From the NCBI GenBank assembly GCA_965248365.1, contig CBDFJA010000003.1, positions 171,557-235,556 of the forward strand: a DNA stretch of 64,000 nucleotides, given 5' to 3'. Below are positions 1-9,187 of the stretch, piece after piece; positions within the stretch are counted from its first letter, which is position 1; the number at the start of each line of letters is the position of its first letter. Made by a program: the position numbers and the translations under genes. This DNA comes from Bryobacterales bacterium. GTDB lineage: Bacteria > Acidobacteriota > Terriglobia > Bryobacterales > UBA6623. The notes under the pieces are model-generated. The model did not search any database, was not told the origin of the DNA, and saw nothing but the letters and a program-made list of their open reading frames with translations.

Positions 1-35
1 GCACTTCGCCTCGCCACCTGGTGAGAAAGGCGGGC
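1..35 (-). repeat. MITE-194 partial copy (left-TIR end, cut by window edge)
   Basis: 1-35 is the reverse complement of the left TIR of the full copies (gcccgcCTTTCTCACCAGGTGGCGAGGCGAAGTGC). It is followed by TA at 36-37, which forms the CTAG hit by IS481 copy 1. Confidence 0.75.
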
Positions 36-982
36 TAGATGTGGAGGCTCAACAGGTTGTTCCGGGGAGGAGGGAGTCGGCTGATAGGGGGATGATAGCC
101 GAGGCTGGCGTGGGGGCGATGCCAATTGTAGTCGTGGAGCCAGGGGAGCAGATGGTTGGCGCGCTGGAGGGAGGAGCAGTAGGAGCGGGCATAGGCCCAT
201 TCGCGGAGGGCGGTTTGGATGAAGCGCTCGGCCTTGCCGTTGGTGCGAGGGGTGTAGGGGCGGGTGAAGCGGTGGCGGATGCCGAGGCGACGGCAAGTAC
301 GACGGAAGTGGCGGGAGCGGTAACAGGAGCCATTGTCGGTGAGCAGGCGTCGGATGCGGATGCCAAGCGAGCCATAGTAGGCGTGGGCGAGGAGAAGGAA
401 CTGGGCAGCGGAAAGGCTGCGCTCATCGGGCAGGATCTGGGAGAAGGCGATGCGGGAATGGTCGTCGACGGCGACGTGGACAAACTCCCAGCCGGCGGCG
501 CGGGAGCGTCGGGTCTTATCGCCGGTAACGCGGTGACCGGCGTGCTGGAAGCGACCGAGCTTTTTGATGTCGAGATGCAGTAGATCGCCGGGACGGTGAT
601 GTTCGTAGCGGCGAACGGGGGGAGCGGGTTCGAGATCGCGGAGACGGTTGAGTCCGGCGCGACCGAGGAGGCGGCTGACGGTGGCCGGGGATAGCCGCAG
701 GGTTTGGGCGATGCGGCGGCCCGTCCAACGTTGTCGGCGCAGGGCGAGGACGCGGTCAACGACGGCTTGCGGGGTGCGGCGCGGGCTATGCCGGGGACGC
801 GAAGAGCGATCGTAGAGACCGGCTTCGCCTTCGCCGCGGTAGCGGGCCAGCCAACGGCGGGCGGTGCGTTCTGAGACGTCTCGGGCCGCCGCGGCGGCCC
901 GAGGCGTCTCTCCAGCGAGGATGCATCGAACCAAAAGGGCTCGGCCTTTGGGCGTCAATCGGGCATTCTGATGGATGTTCAT
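35..982 (-). CDS. IS481-family DDE transposase (315 aa)
   Basis: HTH N-terminus (ARLTPKGRALLV) and rve-type core (HLDIKKL, VAVDDHSR, TDNGS, RPYTPRTNGKAERF). The ORF reads through the IR and stops at a TAG lying in the target duplication. Confidence 0.9.
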   Translation of the reverse strand: MNIHQNARLTPKGRALLVRCILAGETPRAAAAARDVSERTARRWLARYRGEGEAGLYDRSSRPRHSPRRTPQAVVDRVLALRRQRWTGRRIAQTLRLSPATVSRLLGRAGLNRLRDLEPAPPVRRYEHHRPGDLLHLDIKKLGRFQHAGHRVTGDKTRRSRAAGWEFVHVAVDDHSRIAFSQILPDERSLSAAQFLLLAHAYYGSLGIRIRRLLTDNGSCYRSRHFRRTCRRLGIRHRFTRPYTPRTNGKAERFIQTALREWAYARSYCSSLQRANHLLPWLHDYNWHRPHASLGYHPPISRLPPPRNNLLSLHI

Positions 983-1065
983 GCGGTCTCTCCAGGGTCG
1001 TGGTTATTCGACAACTCCAGCCTCCCTGGTCCGGGACCGAATGAACAACCTGTTGAAAGATCACA
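40..1065 (-). mobile_element. IS481-family insertion sequence, copy 1 (1026 bp)
   Basis: Terminal inverted repeats TGTG(N6)CAACAGGTTGTTC at both ends. 6-bp direct repeat GCTAGA at 34-39 and 1066-1071 (NCTAGN type). Almost identical to 53230-54255. Confidence 0.9.
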
Positions 1066-1118
1066 GCTAGACGGCCCGCCGAACATCCGGGATGAGGAAG
1101 ACTCGTTAGAATGATGGC

Positions 1119-1784
1119 GTGATCGGCGAGCGGCTCCAACGGGTACGGGAACGCGTAGCCGCGGCCGCCGTGCGGTCGGGACGCTCGCCGGAGGAAATCA
1201 CCATCGTGGCGGTTTCGAAGATCAAACCGGTGGCCGACATTCTCGAAGCCTATAGCGCAGGGCAGCGGCATTTTGGGGAGAACTACGTCCAGGAGTTTCA
1301 AGCCAAGAAGGAACAAGTGGGAGAGCTTCCCGGGGCGGTTTTTCACCTCATCGGGAAGCTGCAGAGCAACAAGACAAAACCCGCGTCGGGCCTGTTTGAC
1401 ATCATCCAAACGGTGGATAGCGTCAAGATCGCCCGCCGGCTCAACGAGCAGACCGAGCGCCGGCTCGATGTCTTTCTCGAGTTGAAGCTGAGCGACGAAA
1501 GCTCCAAGAGCGGCCTGGCGGAGGAGGCGCTTCCCGCGATCAAGGAATTCGTTCAAAGCTGCGAGCGCCTGCACCTGCGAGGCTTGATGGGCATGCCTCC
1601 CTGGTCGGAAGATCCCGAGAGAACGCGTCCCTACTTTCGGCGATTGTGGCGGGCGGCGGAACAGTTGGGTTTGCCGGATCTCTCGATGGGCATGAGTCAT
1701 GATCTGGAGACCGCGATCGAGGAGGGGGCCACGCTGGTGCGTGTCGGGACAGCGATCTTCGGCAAGCGGGTCTCTCCGAAATGA
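1119..1784 (+). CDS. yggS: YggS-family pyridoxal-phosphate homeostasis protein
   Basis: 221 aa with the typical YggS pattern: VAVSK..., GQRHFGENYVQE, HLIGKLQSNK, LSMGMSHD, VRVGTAIFG. Confidence 0.85.
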   Translation: MIGERLQRVRERVAAAAVRSGRSPEEITIVAVSKIKPVADILEAYSAGQRHFGENYVQEFQAKKEQVGELPGAVFHLIGKLQSNKTKPASGLFDIIQTVDSVKIARRLNEQTERRLDVFLELKLSDESSKSGLAEEALPAIKEFVQSCERLHLRGLMGMPPWSEDPERTRPYFRRLWRAAEQLGLPDLSMGMSHDLETAIEEGATLVRVGTAIFGKRVSPK

Positions 1785-2899
1785 AAGTCGCCTGGGTTTC
1801 GCCCCTGCCTCCCGCCCCGACGGGAGTCGCCGAGTATTCCGCGCGTCTCAGCCGCGAACTCACCCGCCACATCGAGATCGACGCCTTTGACTCGCCGGGC
1901 GCCCGCTCTCTCGCGAGCTACGACGCCTGTCTCTACCAGATCGGGAATAACCCCCTCCACGGAGCGGTGTACGACTGCGCGCTCGCCGTGCCGGGAGTCG
2001 TTGTTTTGCACGATGCCGTCCTGCACCACCTGTTGCTCGGCAAGCTGTCCCAACAAGAATACGTCGAAGAATTCGTCTTTAATTACGGAGAGTGGCTGCG
2101 GAATTTCGCCGAACAGCTTTGGCGGGAGCGGGCGACGTCGGCGTCCCAGGAGAGCTATTTCCGCTATCCGCTGATTCGCAGAATTTGCCGGCGCAGCCGC
2201 GCCCTCGTGGTGCATAACGGCCGGGCCGGCAAAATGGCCCGGGAAGCCCTTGGGAACGGTGCGGTCGAGGTGGTCGAGATCCCCCTTTACGTCGATCCGC
2301 CGTCGCTGCCCGAGGCGGCCCAAAGGGGGCAGCTCCGGGAGAAGCTCGGCATAGCGGACGAGGAGATCGTGATCGCGACCTTTGGCTATCTCCGTCCTTC
2401 GAAGCGGCTGCATTCGCTCCTCGAGGCGTCGCGGATGCTCAACGTCCCATACAGGATCTTGCTGGTGGGAGATTTCGTCTCCCACGACTATGAAGCCGCG
2501 ATCTTGGCGGAGATCGACGAACTACCCGTGACCAGGCTTCCCTACGTCGCTGAAAGCGAATTCCGGGGCCTGGTCGCCGTCACCGACATCTGTGTGAATC
2601 TGCGATACCCCTCCGCCGGTGAAACCTCGGCCATTGCCCTCAAACTCATGGCAGCGGGGAAACCGGTCGTCGCGACGGCCGGGGAAGAGCTCGCCGGATT
2701 TCCCCGCGGCTCCATTGTCGAGGTCGATCCCGGCGAGGCCGAGGTCGAGATGTTGGCGCATTACCTGTACGCCCTCGCCGCCGATCCCGAGATGCGCGCC
2801 GCCGTTGGGCGGAACGCGGCCCGTTACGTAGCCGAGCGGCATGACGTCCAAAGTGTCACCAAGCAATACCTGGATGTGATCCGGCGAGTGGGGAACTAA
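1781..2899 (+). CDS. Glycosyltransferase family 1 (GT4-like)
   Basis: 372 aa. N-terminus MKVAWVSP.PP.PTGVAEY and a C-terminal GT1 motif region (ETSAIALKLMAAGKPVVAT). The start overlaps the yggS stop (ATGA). Confidence 0.75.
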   Translation: MKVAWVSPLPPAPTGVAEYSARLSRELTRHIEIDAFDSPGARSLASYDACLYQIGNNPLHGAVYDCALAVPGVVVLHDAVLHHLLLGKLSQQEYVEEFVFNYGEWLRNFAEQLWRERATSASQESYFRYPLIRRICRRSRALVVHNGRAGKMAREALGNGAVEVVEIPLYVDPPSLPEAAQRGQLREKLGIADEEIVIATFGYLRPSKRLHSLLEASRMLNVPYRILLVGDFVSHDYEAAILAEIDELPVTRLPYVAESEFRGLVAVTDICVNLRYPSAGETSAIALKLMAAGKPVVATAGEELAGFPRGSIVEVDPGEAEVEMLAHYLYALAADPEMRAAVGRNAARYVAERHDVQSVTKQYLDVIRRVGN

Positions 2900-2955
2900 C
2901 TTCAACGAAACTCGGCCAGGGTCCCGCACGTTCTCTATATCCAAAGGAGGCGGTA

Positions 2956-3255
2956 ATGACACAGAAGAAGAGTCCGTGGTTAGCGCTTTTGGCGTTGGTA
3001 TTCGGTTTTCTCGGTGGAGCAGTCTCCAGCGAGCTTTTTGGAGGCCCTTCACGGCCTGCACAATTCGGCCCCACCGTGATCGAGGCACAGGAGTTTCGGC
3101 TTGTAGACCGCCAGGGTGAGCAGCGCGGGCGGTTTATGCTGGCGCCCTCCGGTGACGCCGTCATCATGCTCTATGACAAAGACGGCAAGCCTGCTTGGGT
3201 GGCCCCTGAGCCGCTGCGCCCGTTCCAGCCGCTTGGCGAGAAGCCGTCGAAGTAG
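2956..3255 (+). CDS. Small secreted or membrane-anchored hypothetical protein
   Basis: AAGGAGG-like SD upstream of the ATG. Hydrophobic N-terminal helix (WLALLALVFGFLGGAV). No recognisable family. Confidence 0.5.
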   Translation: MTQKKSPWLALLALVFGFLGGAVSSELFGGPSRPAQFGPTVIEAQEFRLVDRQGEQRGRFMLAPSGDAVIMLYDKDGKPAWVAPEPLRPFQPLGEKPSK

Positions 3256-3261
3256 CCCCTA

Positions 3262-3455
3262 GCCCGCCTTTCTCACCACGTGGCGAGGCGAAGTGCGTGA
3301 GAGGCCCGTCAGTACAAGGCGCGCGACGCTCGGCGACTGATTTCCTGAAGAATGCGAGCGTACTTGAACCCTACGTTGAGCACGGCGAGCAAGCGCAACG
3401 CAGTCATGGCGGGCCTATTGTGTGCTTCGACCGTCAGGTGGTGAGAAATGCGGGT
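3262..3455 (+). repeat. MITE-194 full copy (M2)
   Basis: 194 bp. Left TIR gcccgcctttctcaccacgtggcgaggcgaagtgc, right TIR ...gtgcttcgaccgtcaggtggtgagaaatgcgggt. Flanked by TA at 3260-3261 and 3456-3457. Starts 4 nt after the stop of the upstream ORF. Confidence 0.85.
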
Positions 3456-5262
3456 TAGTCCGTAGAAAGTAGCGACTCTCCGCCTGAGTCTGATATGAGC
3501 ATGTGTTTGTGTTTGTGTTTGGAAGAAAGCAGAGCCGCAGTGAAACGAAGATACCCGATCGACCCCGAGGGAGCCGTCCAGCGATTGTCGGTCTACAGGC
3601 GTCCGGCATCTCCGTGCGGGTTTTCACGAACTCGCGGGTCGATCCCCTTGCTACTTCTCCACTTCTTGACGAGGAACAATCCCACGATGGGCAGGTCGGC
3701 AACCCCGTTCAACGGGGATGAGAATCCTCGCATCGTTCCGTAGGCGGGCGCCGAGCGCGGATCCGTTTACGGGCGCATATTGCGTGTGCAACAATGGCTC
3801 TGACCACGCGGCCTCGGGAAATGAGCATATCTTCGTCCTAAATTCGCGACCAGCGAATCAGATCCGCGACTGCAGGCGCGCATCATGCCGCTTGCCGGCC
3901 GCCTCGCGATGAATCCCACCATGGTACGGAGAAAGAATACTCACCCAATTGTGACTCTCGTGGCAGCCCTGAGCGTCTCAGCGGTGTTCACGCTAGCAGC
4001 AAGCGTAGTGCTGCTGCCGAGCTCCAGGGAGTTCGTTCGGCCGCGGGACTTCGGATTTCTGCGGCTTGCCTACACTTACTTGGATGGTCCGACTGTGCAT
4101 CTGGACCCTGTTCTCCCCGCGTTTGTAAGCCGGCACTTTTACTTGCCCGATCCGGCGAACATACTGGCTCTTTCCGCCTGGGCCGCCGTCTGTAGCCTAC
4201 CTCTTGTTTGGCTGCCGGCGATCATTGTGTCCCCGCTTGTTTGGATACTGTTTCGGCGTTTTCCTCCCGGCCGGGAAAGACCGAAGCTGGATCTATTCTG
4301 GCGGCGGATCTACCCTCTAGCCTGTTTCCTGGCGATACCCTCGCTCGTTGTGATCATTTGGTTCGATTATGGGATTTTGAAGCGGCTGGCCGAGGCAGAG
4401 ATCCCGACATTCAACGAGACCCTGGCGCTTGCGGCTTTGCCCGGGACCTGGCTCCTAGCGCTGTGGGTGCGGCGAGTGTTTTCGGGTTTCCGCCACTTTT
4501 TGACGCTGGGAGCGCTTCTGGCCTTGGGCGTAATCGCCGCGGGTCTTGCCTTGGACGTCGCACGACCGTCTGTCACGGGCAGCTCTGTTCCCCCGCTGGT
4601 CGGGATTGATCCTCCGCCCAACGTGCTGCTGGTGTCCATCGACACGGTGCGGCGCGATCATTTGAGCTGTTATGGGTACGAGCGAGAGACGAGTCCGAAC
4701 ATTGACTCGCTGGCGGATCAGGGGGTGCTGTTCCAAACAGTCGTGTCGCCGAGTGCTTGGACACTTCCGGTGCATACCACGCTCCTGACGGCCCTCCCAC
4801 CCACTCAGCATGACGTCATCACCGTCCACAGGCGCTTGAAATCGGACGTCGTGACGCTTCCGACAGTGCTGCGGGATGCCGGCTATGCCACGGCGGCGTT
4901 CGTCTCGTCAACTGTTCTTAACGTCGTATTCGGCCTGTGGCGCGGCTTCGATCACTACGACGACTACACGCACATGCACGCGGGCTACACCGACCGGTGT
5001 CGGGTCTCCACTCCGGCGCTGATTGGTGCGGTCAAGGACTGGCTGGAGGCGTGGCGCCTTCGCGGGAACGGAAGGCCTTTCTTCGTGTTTCTTCATTTAT
5101 ATGACGTCCACTCGAAGCGCTATCAGCGGCAACCCGGAGCGGCTCTCTATTGCTCGCCAACTCCTTTCCAGGACATGTACGATCCTGACTACACGGGAGA
5201 AAACAAAGGGCAGCGGCTGATTGGCAAACACAGCTCGACAGAACGGATGTCGGAGCGAGATT

Positions 5263-6591
5263 CAGTGCTGTCCGGGGAAAGTCGCGCCATCGGACGGTAA
5301 GTCTCGACCGCTCAATGTCTTATGGCCTGTTTTGCCCGGGAACGATTTGAAATCCCGAGGCCGCAAATGGTCGCCTGAACGGAGCATCCGGACGCGGCAC
5401 AATGAGGGATGAACCTTGGCCGTACGGTTTTCTCCCAACTGATCGAGCACCTACCGAGCAAAGAGTTTCAGAAATGTGTATCGCGCTACCGCGGCGATTC
5501 CTATCTGAAAAGTTTCTCCTGCTGGGATCAGTTTCTTGCGATGGCATTCGCCCAGCTGACCTATCGGGCAAGCCTCCGCGACATCGAGACGTGCCTGCGT
5601 TCGATGCACGGCAAACTCTACCACATGGGATTCCGCGGCAGGGTAGCGCGCTCGACACTGGCCGATGCGAACGAGTCGCGCGACTGGCGGATCTACGCGG
5701 ACTTCGCGCAGGTCTTGATTGGCATGGCACGGCCGTTATATGCCCACGACCCGATCGGTGTGGACTTGGACCAGACTCTGTACGCTCTCGACTCGACAAC
5801 AATCGACCTCTGCCTGTCGCTGTTTCCGTGGGCGAGATTCCGCAAGCAAAAGGCCGCCGTGAAGATGCACACGCTGCTGGATCTGCACGGCAATATTCCC
5901 ACGTTCATCCGCATTACTGGAGGCAAAGTGCACGACATCAACATCCTCGACGAGATCGGCCCGGAGGCCGGCGCGTTCTACGTCATGGATCGGGCCTACG
6001 TCGATTTCGAACGCCTCTTCGTGTTCACTCTCTGCTCGTCGTTCTTCGTCGTGCGAACCAAGAAGAACATCTTGCTCCAACGGCGCTACTCGCATCCCGT
6101 CGACAAATCCACGGGCTTGCGCTCGGATCAGACCGTCATACTGGCTGCCATCGAATCGGCCCAAGCCTATCCCGACCCGTTGCGGAGGGTCAGTTACTTC
6201 GACGCCCGGACGAACAAGCGGCTGAAGTTTCTGACCAACAACTTCGCGCTCCCGGCGCTGACCATCGCCCACATCTACAAGTCGCGTTGGCAGATTGAGT
6301 TGTTCTTCAAGTGGATCAAGCAACATCTGCGAATCAACTCGTTTTACGGCACCAGCGAGAACGCCGTCAAGACGCATATCTGGATCGCTGTCTCGATTTA
6401 CGTGCTCATCGCCATCGTCCGGAAACGGCTCGGGCTGGAAGCGAGTCTTTACCAGATTCTACAGATTCTCAGCGTTACGCAATTCGAAAAAATGCCCCTT
6501 TTACAGGCACTCCAGCCATCCGACTCCCCAAACGAATCCCCCTATGACCCCAACCAATTGATTCTATTCGACTTTTAACCGGACAGCAGTG
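5263..6591 (+). mobile_element. IS4-family insertion sequence, copy A (1329 bp)
   Basis: Ends CAGTGCTGTCCGG...CCGGACAGCAGTG. 9-bp direct repeat AGCGAGATT at 5254-5262 and 6592-6600. Confidence 0.92.
5409..6578 (+). CDS. IS4-family DDE transposase (389 aa)
   Basis: Y-2-R-3-E-6-K signature present (YKSRWQIELFFKWIK). N-terminus MNLGRTVFSQLIEHLPSKEF...SFSCWDQFLAMAFAQLTYR is typical of DUF4372-type IS4 transposases. Confidence 0.9.
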   Translation: MNLGRTVFSQLIEHLPSKEFQKCVSRYRGDSYLKSFSCWDQFLAMAFAQLTYRASLRDIETCLRSMHGKLYHMGFRGRVARSTLADANESRDWRIYADFAQVLIGMARPLYAHDPIGVDLDQTLYALDSTTIDLCLSLFPWARFRKQKAAVKMHTLLDLHGNIPTFIRITGGKVHDINILDEIGPEAGAFYVMDRAYVDFERLFVFTLCSSFFVVRTKKNILLQRRYSHPVDKSTGLRSDQTVILAAIESAQAYPDPLRRVSYFDARTNKRLKFLTNNFALPALTIAHIYKSRWQIELFFKWIKQHLRINSFYGTSENAVKTHIWIAVSIYVLIAIVRKRLGLEASLYQILQILSVTQFEKMPLLQALQPSDSPNESPYDPNQLILFDF

Positions 6592-7244
6592 AGCGAGATT
6601 CAATCCACAATATGGCGCTTTACGATGGCGAGATCCGATTTGTTGACGACCAACTGGAGAATCTGTTCGCTATTTTGCGGAGCCTCGGCGTTATGGACCG
6701 TACGATCACTTCGGTTGTCAGCGACCATGGCGAAGAGTTTTATGAACACGGCAGACAGGGCCATCACCAGTCTCTCTACGACGAAACGATTCTTGTGCCC
6801 TGGGTGATGCGCTTCCCCGAGAAAATCCCGGCCGGACGAATCGTGGACGCTCAGGTGAGAGTGATGGACATCCCCCCGACGATTCTGTCGCTGGCTGGTA
6901 TTGCTCCCACACCGGGGTTCGGCGTTCTCAAAGGCAACCGTCAATTCGCCGGAGTGGACCTGGCACCTCTGGTTTCTTCACCAGACCGAGACTTTTCCCC
7001 GTTGCCGGCGTTTGCCGACCTGGAGGGAAAACTGGCGGCCGTGCGAACCGAGGAATGGAAATACATAATGTCTCTCGACCCCGAGGGTGAGGAAGAGCTC
7101 TACAGTCTTGCCGAAGACCCTAAGGAGTCGGTCAATTTGGCGGAGGAGAAACCTCAGGTGAGAAACCTGTTGCACCACGAACTGCTTCGCTGGCGAGAGT
7201 CCGGCCACTCGGCGCCCCAGCCGCCCGAAACAACGAATCTGACC

Positions 7245-7813
7245 CACTGCTGTCCGGTTAAAAGTCGAATAGAATCAATTGGTTGGGGTCATAGGGGGAT
7301 TCGTTTGGGGAGTCGGATGGCTGGAGTGCCTGTAAAAGGGGTATTTTTTCGAATTGCGTAACGCTGAGAATCTGTAGAATCTGGTAAAGACTCGCTTCCA
7401 GCCCGAGCCGTTTCCGGACGATGGCGATGAGCACGTAAATCGAGACAGCGATCCAGATCTGCGTCTTGACGGCGTTCTCGCTGGTGCCGTAAAACGAGTT
7501 GATTCGCAGATGTTGCTTGATCCACTTGAAGAACAACTCAATCTGCCAACGCGACTTGTAGATGTGGGCGATGGTCAGCGCCGGGAGCGCGAAGTTGTTG
7601 GTCAGAAACTTCAGCCGCTTGTTCGTCCGGGCGTCGAAGTAACTGACCCTCCGCAACGGGTCGGGATAGGCTGGGCCGATTCGGTGGCAGCCAGTATGAC
7701 GGTCTGATCCGAGCGCAAGCCTGTGGATTTGTCGACGGGATGCGAGTAGCGCCGTTGGAGCAAGATGTTCTTCTTGGTTCGCACGACGAAGAACGACGAG
7801 CAGAGAGTGAACA
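7245..7813 (-). mobile_element. IS4-family copy B, truncated (right end and 3' part of the transposase only)
   Basis: Starts with the IS4 terminus CACTGCTGTCCGGTTAAAAGTCG. Carries the C-terminal ~190 codons of the transposase with an internal frameshift. Cut at 7813 by the left end of IS3-A. Confidence 0.85.
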
Positions 7814-7881
7814 TGACCTTGCCCCCTAAAACGAGTCCAAGTTGAATGTTAGGATTTTCGGTTTTAGGAAGGAGGCAAGAG

Positions 7882-8160
7882 ATGGCAGGGAAGCGATTTA
7901 GTGCAGAACAGATCATCATCAAGTTGCGTGAGGCAGAGGTGGGTCTAGCTCAAGGACAGACGGTGGGCCAGGTGTGCAAACAGATTGGGGTGACCGAGCA
8001 GACCTACTACCGGTGGCGCAAGGAGTACGGAGGGCTTCGACTGAATCAGGCCAAGCGGTTGAAGGTGTTGGAGAAGGAGAATGCCCGGTTGAAGAAGCTA
8101 GTGGCAGATCTGTCTTTGGACAAGCAGATCCTAAAGGAAGTTTCCTCGGGAAACTTCTAG
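7882..8160 (+). CDS. IS3-A OrfA (HTH protein)
   Basis: AGGAGG SD 8 nt upstream of the ATG at 7882. [20 protein letters not shown]...[12 protein letters not shown]...leucine-zipper-like [21 protein letters not shown]. Confidence 0.85.
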   Translation: MAGKRFSAEQIIIKLREAEVGLAQGQTVGQVCKQIGVTEQTYYRWRKEYGGLRLNQAKRLKVLEKENARLKKLVADLSLDKQILKEVSSGNF

Positions 8161-8238
8161 GCCCGACGAAGAGGAGACGCGCAGTGGTGTGGGTGAGGGA
8201 GAGATTGGGAGCAGAGCGCGTCTCCGAACGTCGGGCCT
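8148..8238 (+). promoter_or_regulatory. Programmed -1 frameshift signal of IS3-A (slippery G_GGA_AAC plus downstream stem-loop)
   Basis: Heptamer gggaaac at 8148-8154 is in the orfA zero frame, 3 nt (one codon) before the orfA stop. A -1 shift gives ...[13 protein letters not shown] in the orfB frame. Two-part stem: aggcccgacg (8159-8168) pairs with cgtcgggcct (8229-8238), and ggagacgcgc (8173-8182) pairs with gcgcgtctcc (8216-8225). Confidence 0.7.
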
Positions 8239-8545
8239 GCCAAGTGCTGGGACAGGCTCGATCGACCCAGCGAAGGGAAAGGCATATCCCCGATGAGGAG
8301 GCTCGATTGGTGGCTGAGATGGTGGAGTTGGCCACGCACTACGGGCGATACGGCTACCGACGGATCACGGCCATGCTTCGTTGGGAAGGGTGGAAAGTGA
8401 ATCACAAGCGGGTGGAGAGGTTGTGGAGACAGGAGGGGCTGAAAGTCCCGTCCAGACAGCCGAAACGAAGGAGACTGTGGCTTCATGATGGATCCTGCGT
8501 TCGGTTACGAGCGGCTCACAAGGATCACGTCTGGAGCTATGACTT

Positions 8546-9187
8546 TGGGGTGGACCCCTGTAGTGAAACAACCTGCTAAGCAGGGTTTCCCCACTCGCTG
8601 AAAAAGGCTTGGCTGGGGAGCGGCCTTCATTGTAAACTTCTGCTCGGCCGGTGAAGCGGAGGCGGGCTCTGGTGGAGACCAACCCGCCGAGGAATAGCCG
8701 GGCGGGAACTCATCGAGACGATGGGTCGGGGCGTGGAGCCTCTCGCTTCGCGCCCCACTCCGGCACGAACCCCGCCCATCGGATCGAAAGATTCCCTCAT
8801 GCCTCGGAAAACTCATCCCACGACTCCCGCGAGACTGGCCTGTTCGAGCACGCTTTGCTCGTACTCTGGGGTGGACCCCTGTAGTGAAACAACCTGCTAA
8901 GCAGGGTTTCCCCATTCGCTGAAAAAGGCTTGGCTGGGGAGCGGCCTTCATTGTAAACTTCTGCTCGGCCGGTGAAGCGGAGGCGGGCTCTGGTGGAGAC
9001 CAACCCGCCGAGGAATAGCCGGGCGGGAACTCATCGAGACGATGGGTCGGGGCGTGGAGCCTCTCGCTTCGCGCCCCACTCCGGCACGAACCCCGCCCAT
9101 CGGATCGAAAGATTCCCTCATGCCTCGGAAAACTCATCCCACGACTCCCGCGAGACTGGCCTGTTCGAGCACGCTTTGCTCGTACTC
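8546..9187. repeat. Tandem duplication (2 x 321 bp) of the right terminus of IS3-B
   Basis: 8546-8866 and 8867-9187 differ at one position by eye (ccccactcgc vs ccccattcgc). Each unit begins exactly at the terminal IR and ends 54 nt inside the 3' end of orfB. Confidence 0.9.

Larger units (their letters stand above)
3885..7244 (+). pseudogene. Membrane-anchored sulfatase-family (LTA-synthase-like) gene split by IS4 copy A; 3' end abuts IS4 copy B
   Basis: N-terminal part 3885-5262: several TM helices, then LLVSIDTVRRDHLSCYGY...SPSAWTLPVHTTLLT. C-terminal part 6601-7244: MALYDGEIRFVDDQ...VVSDHGEEFYEHG. Removing the IS and one 9-bp duplication restores the frame (...ERMSERDSIHNMALYDGEIRF...). 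Confidence 0.85.

Noticed and set aside
3494-3513. The (GTGTTT)3 microsatellite as a phase-variation switch
   Set aside because: It lies in non-coding DNA with no adjacent intact gene start that it could control, and it has only three units.
5402-6298. A 298-aa ORF overlapping the IS4 transposase gene in another frame, and long antisense ORFs (for example 5736-6377), as possible overlapping genes
   Set aside because: In the divergent copy F the same-frame ORF is much shorter (177 aa), so it is not conserved. Its composition is Arg/Pro/Gly-rich, as expected for off-frame reading of GC-rich coding DNA.
8546-9187. The 321-bp direct repeats, and the many short repeats elsewhere, as a CRISPR array
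   Set aside because: There are only two long units with no spacers, and they are part of an IS end. No short regularly spaced repeat-spacer pattern or cas gene occurs anywhere in the window.
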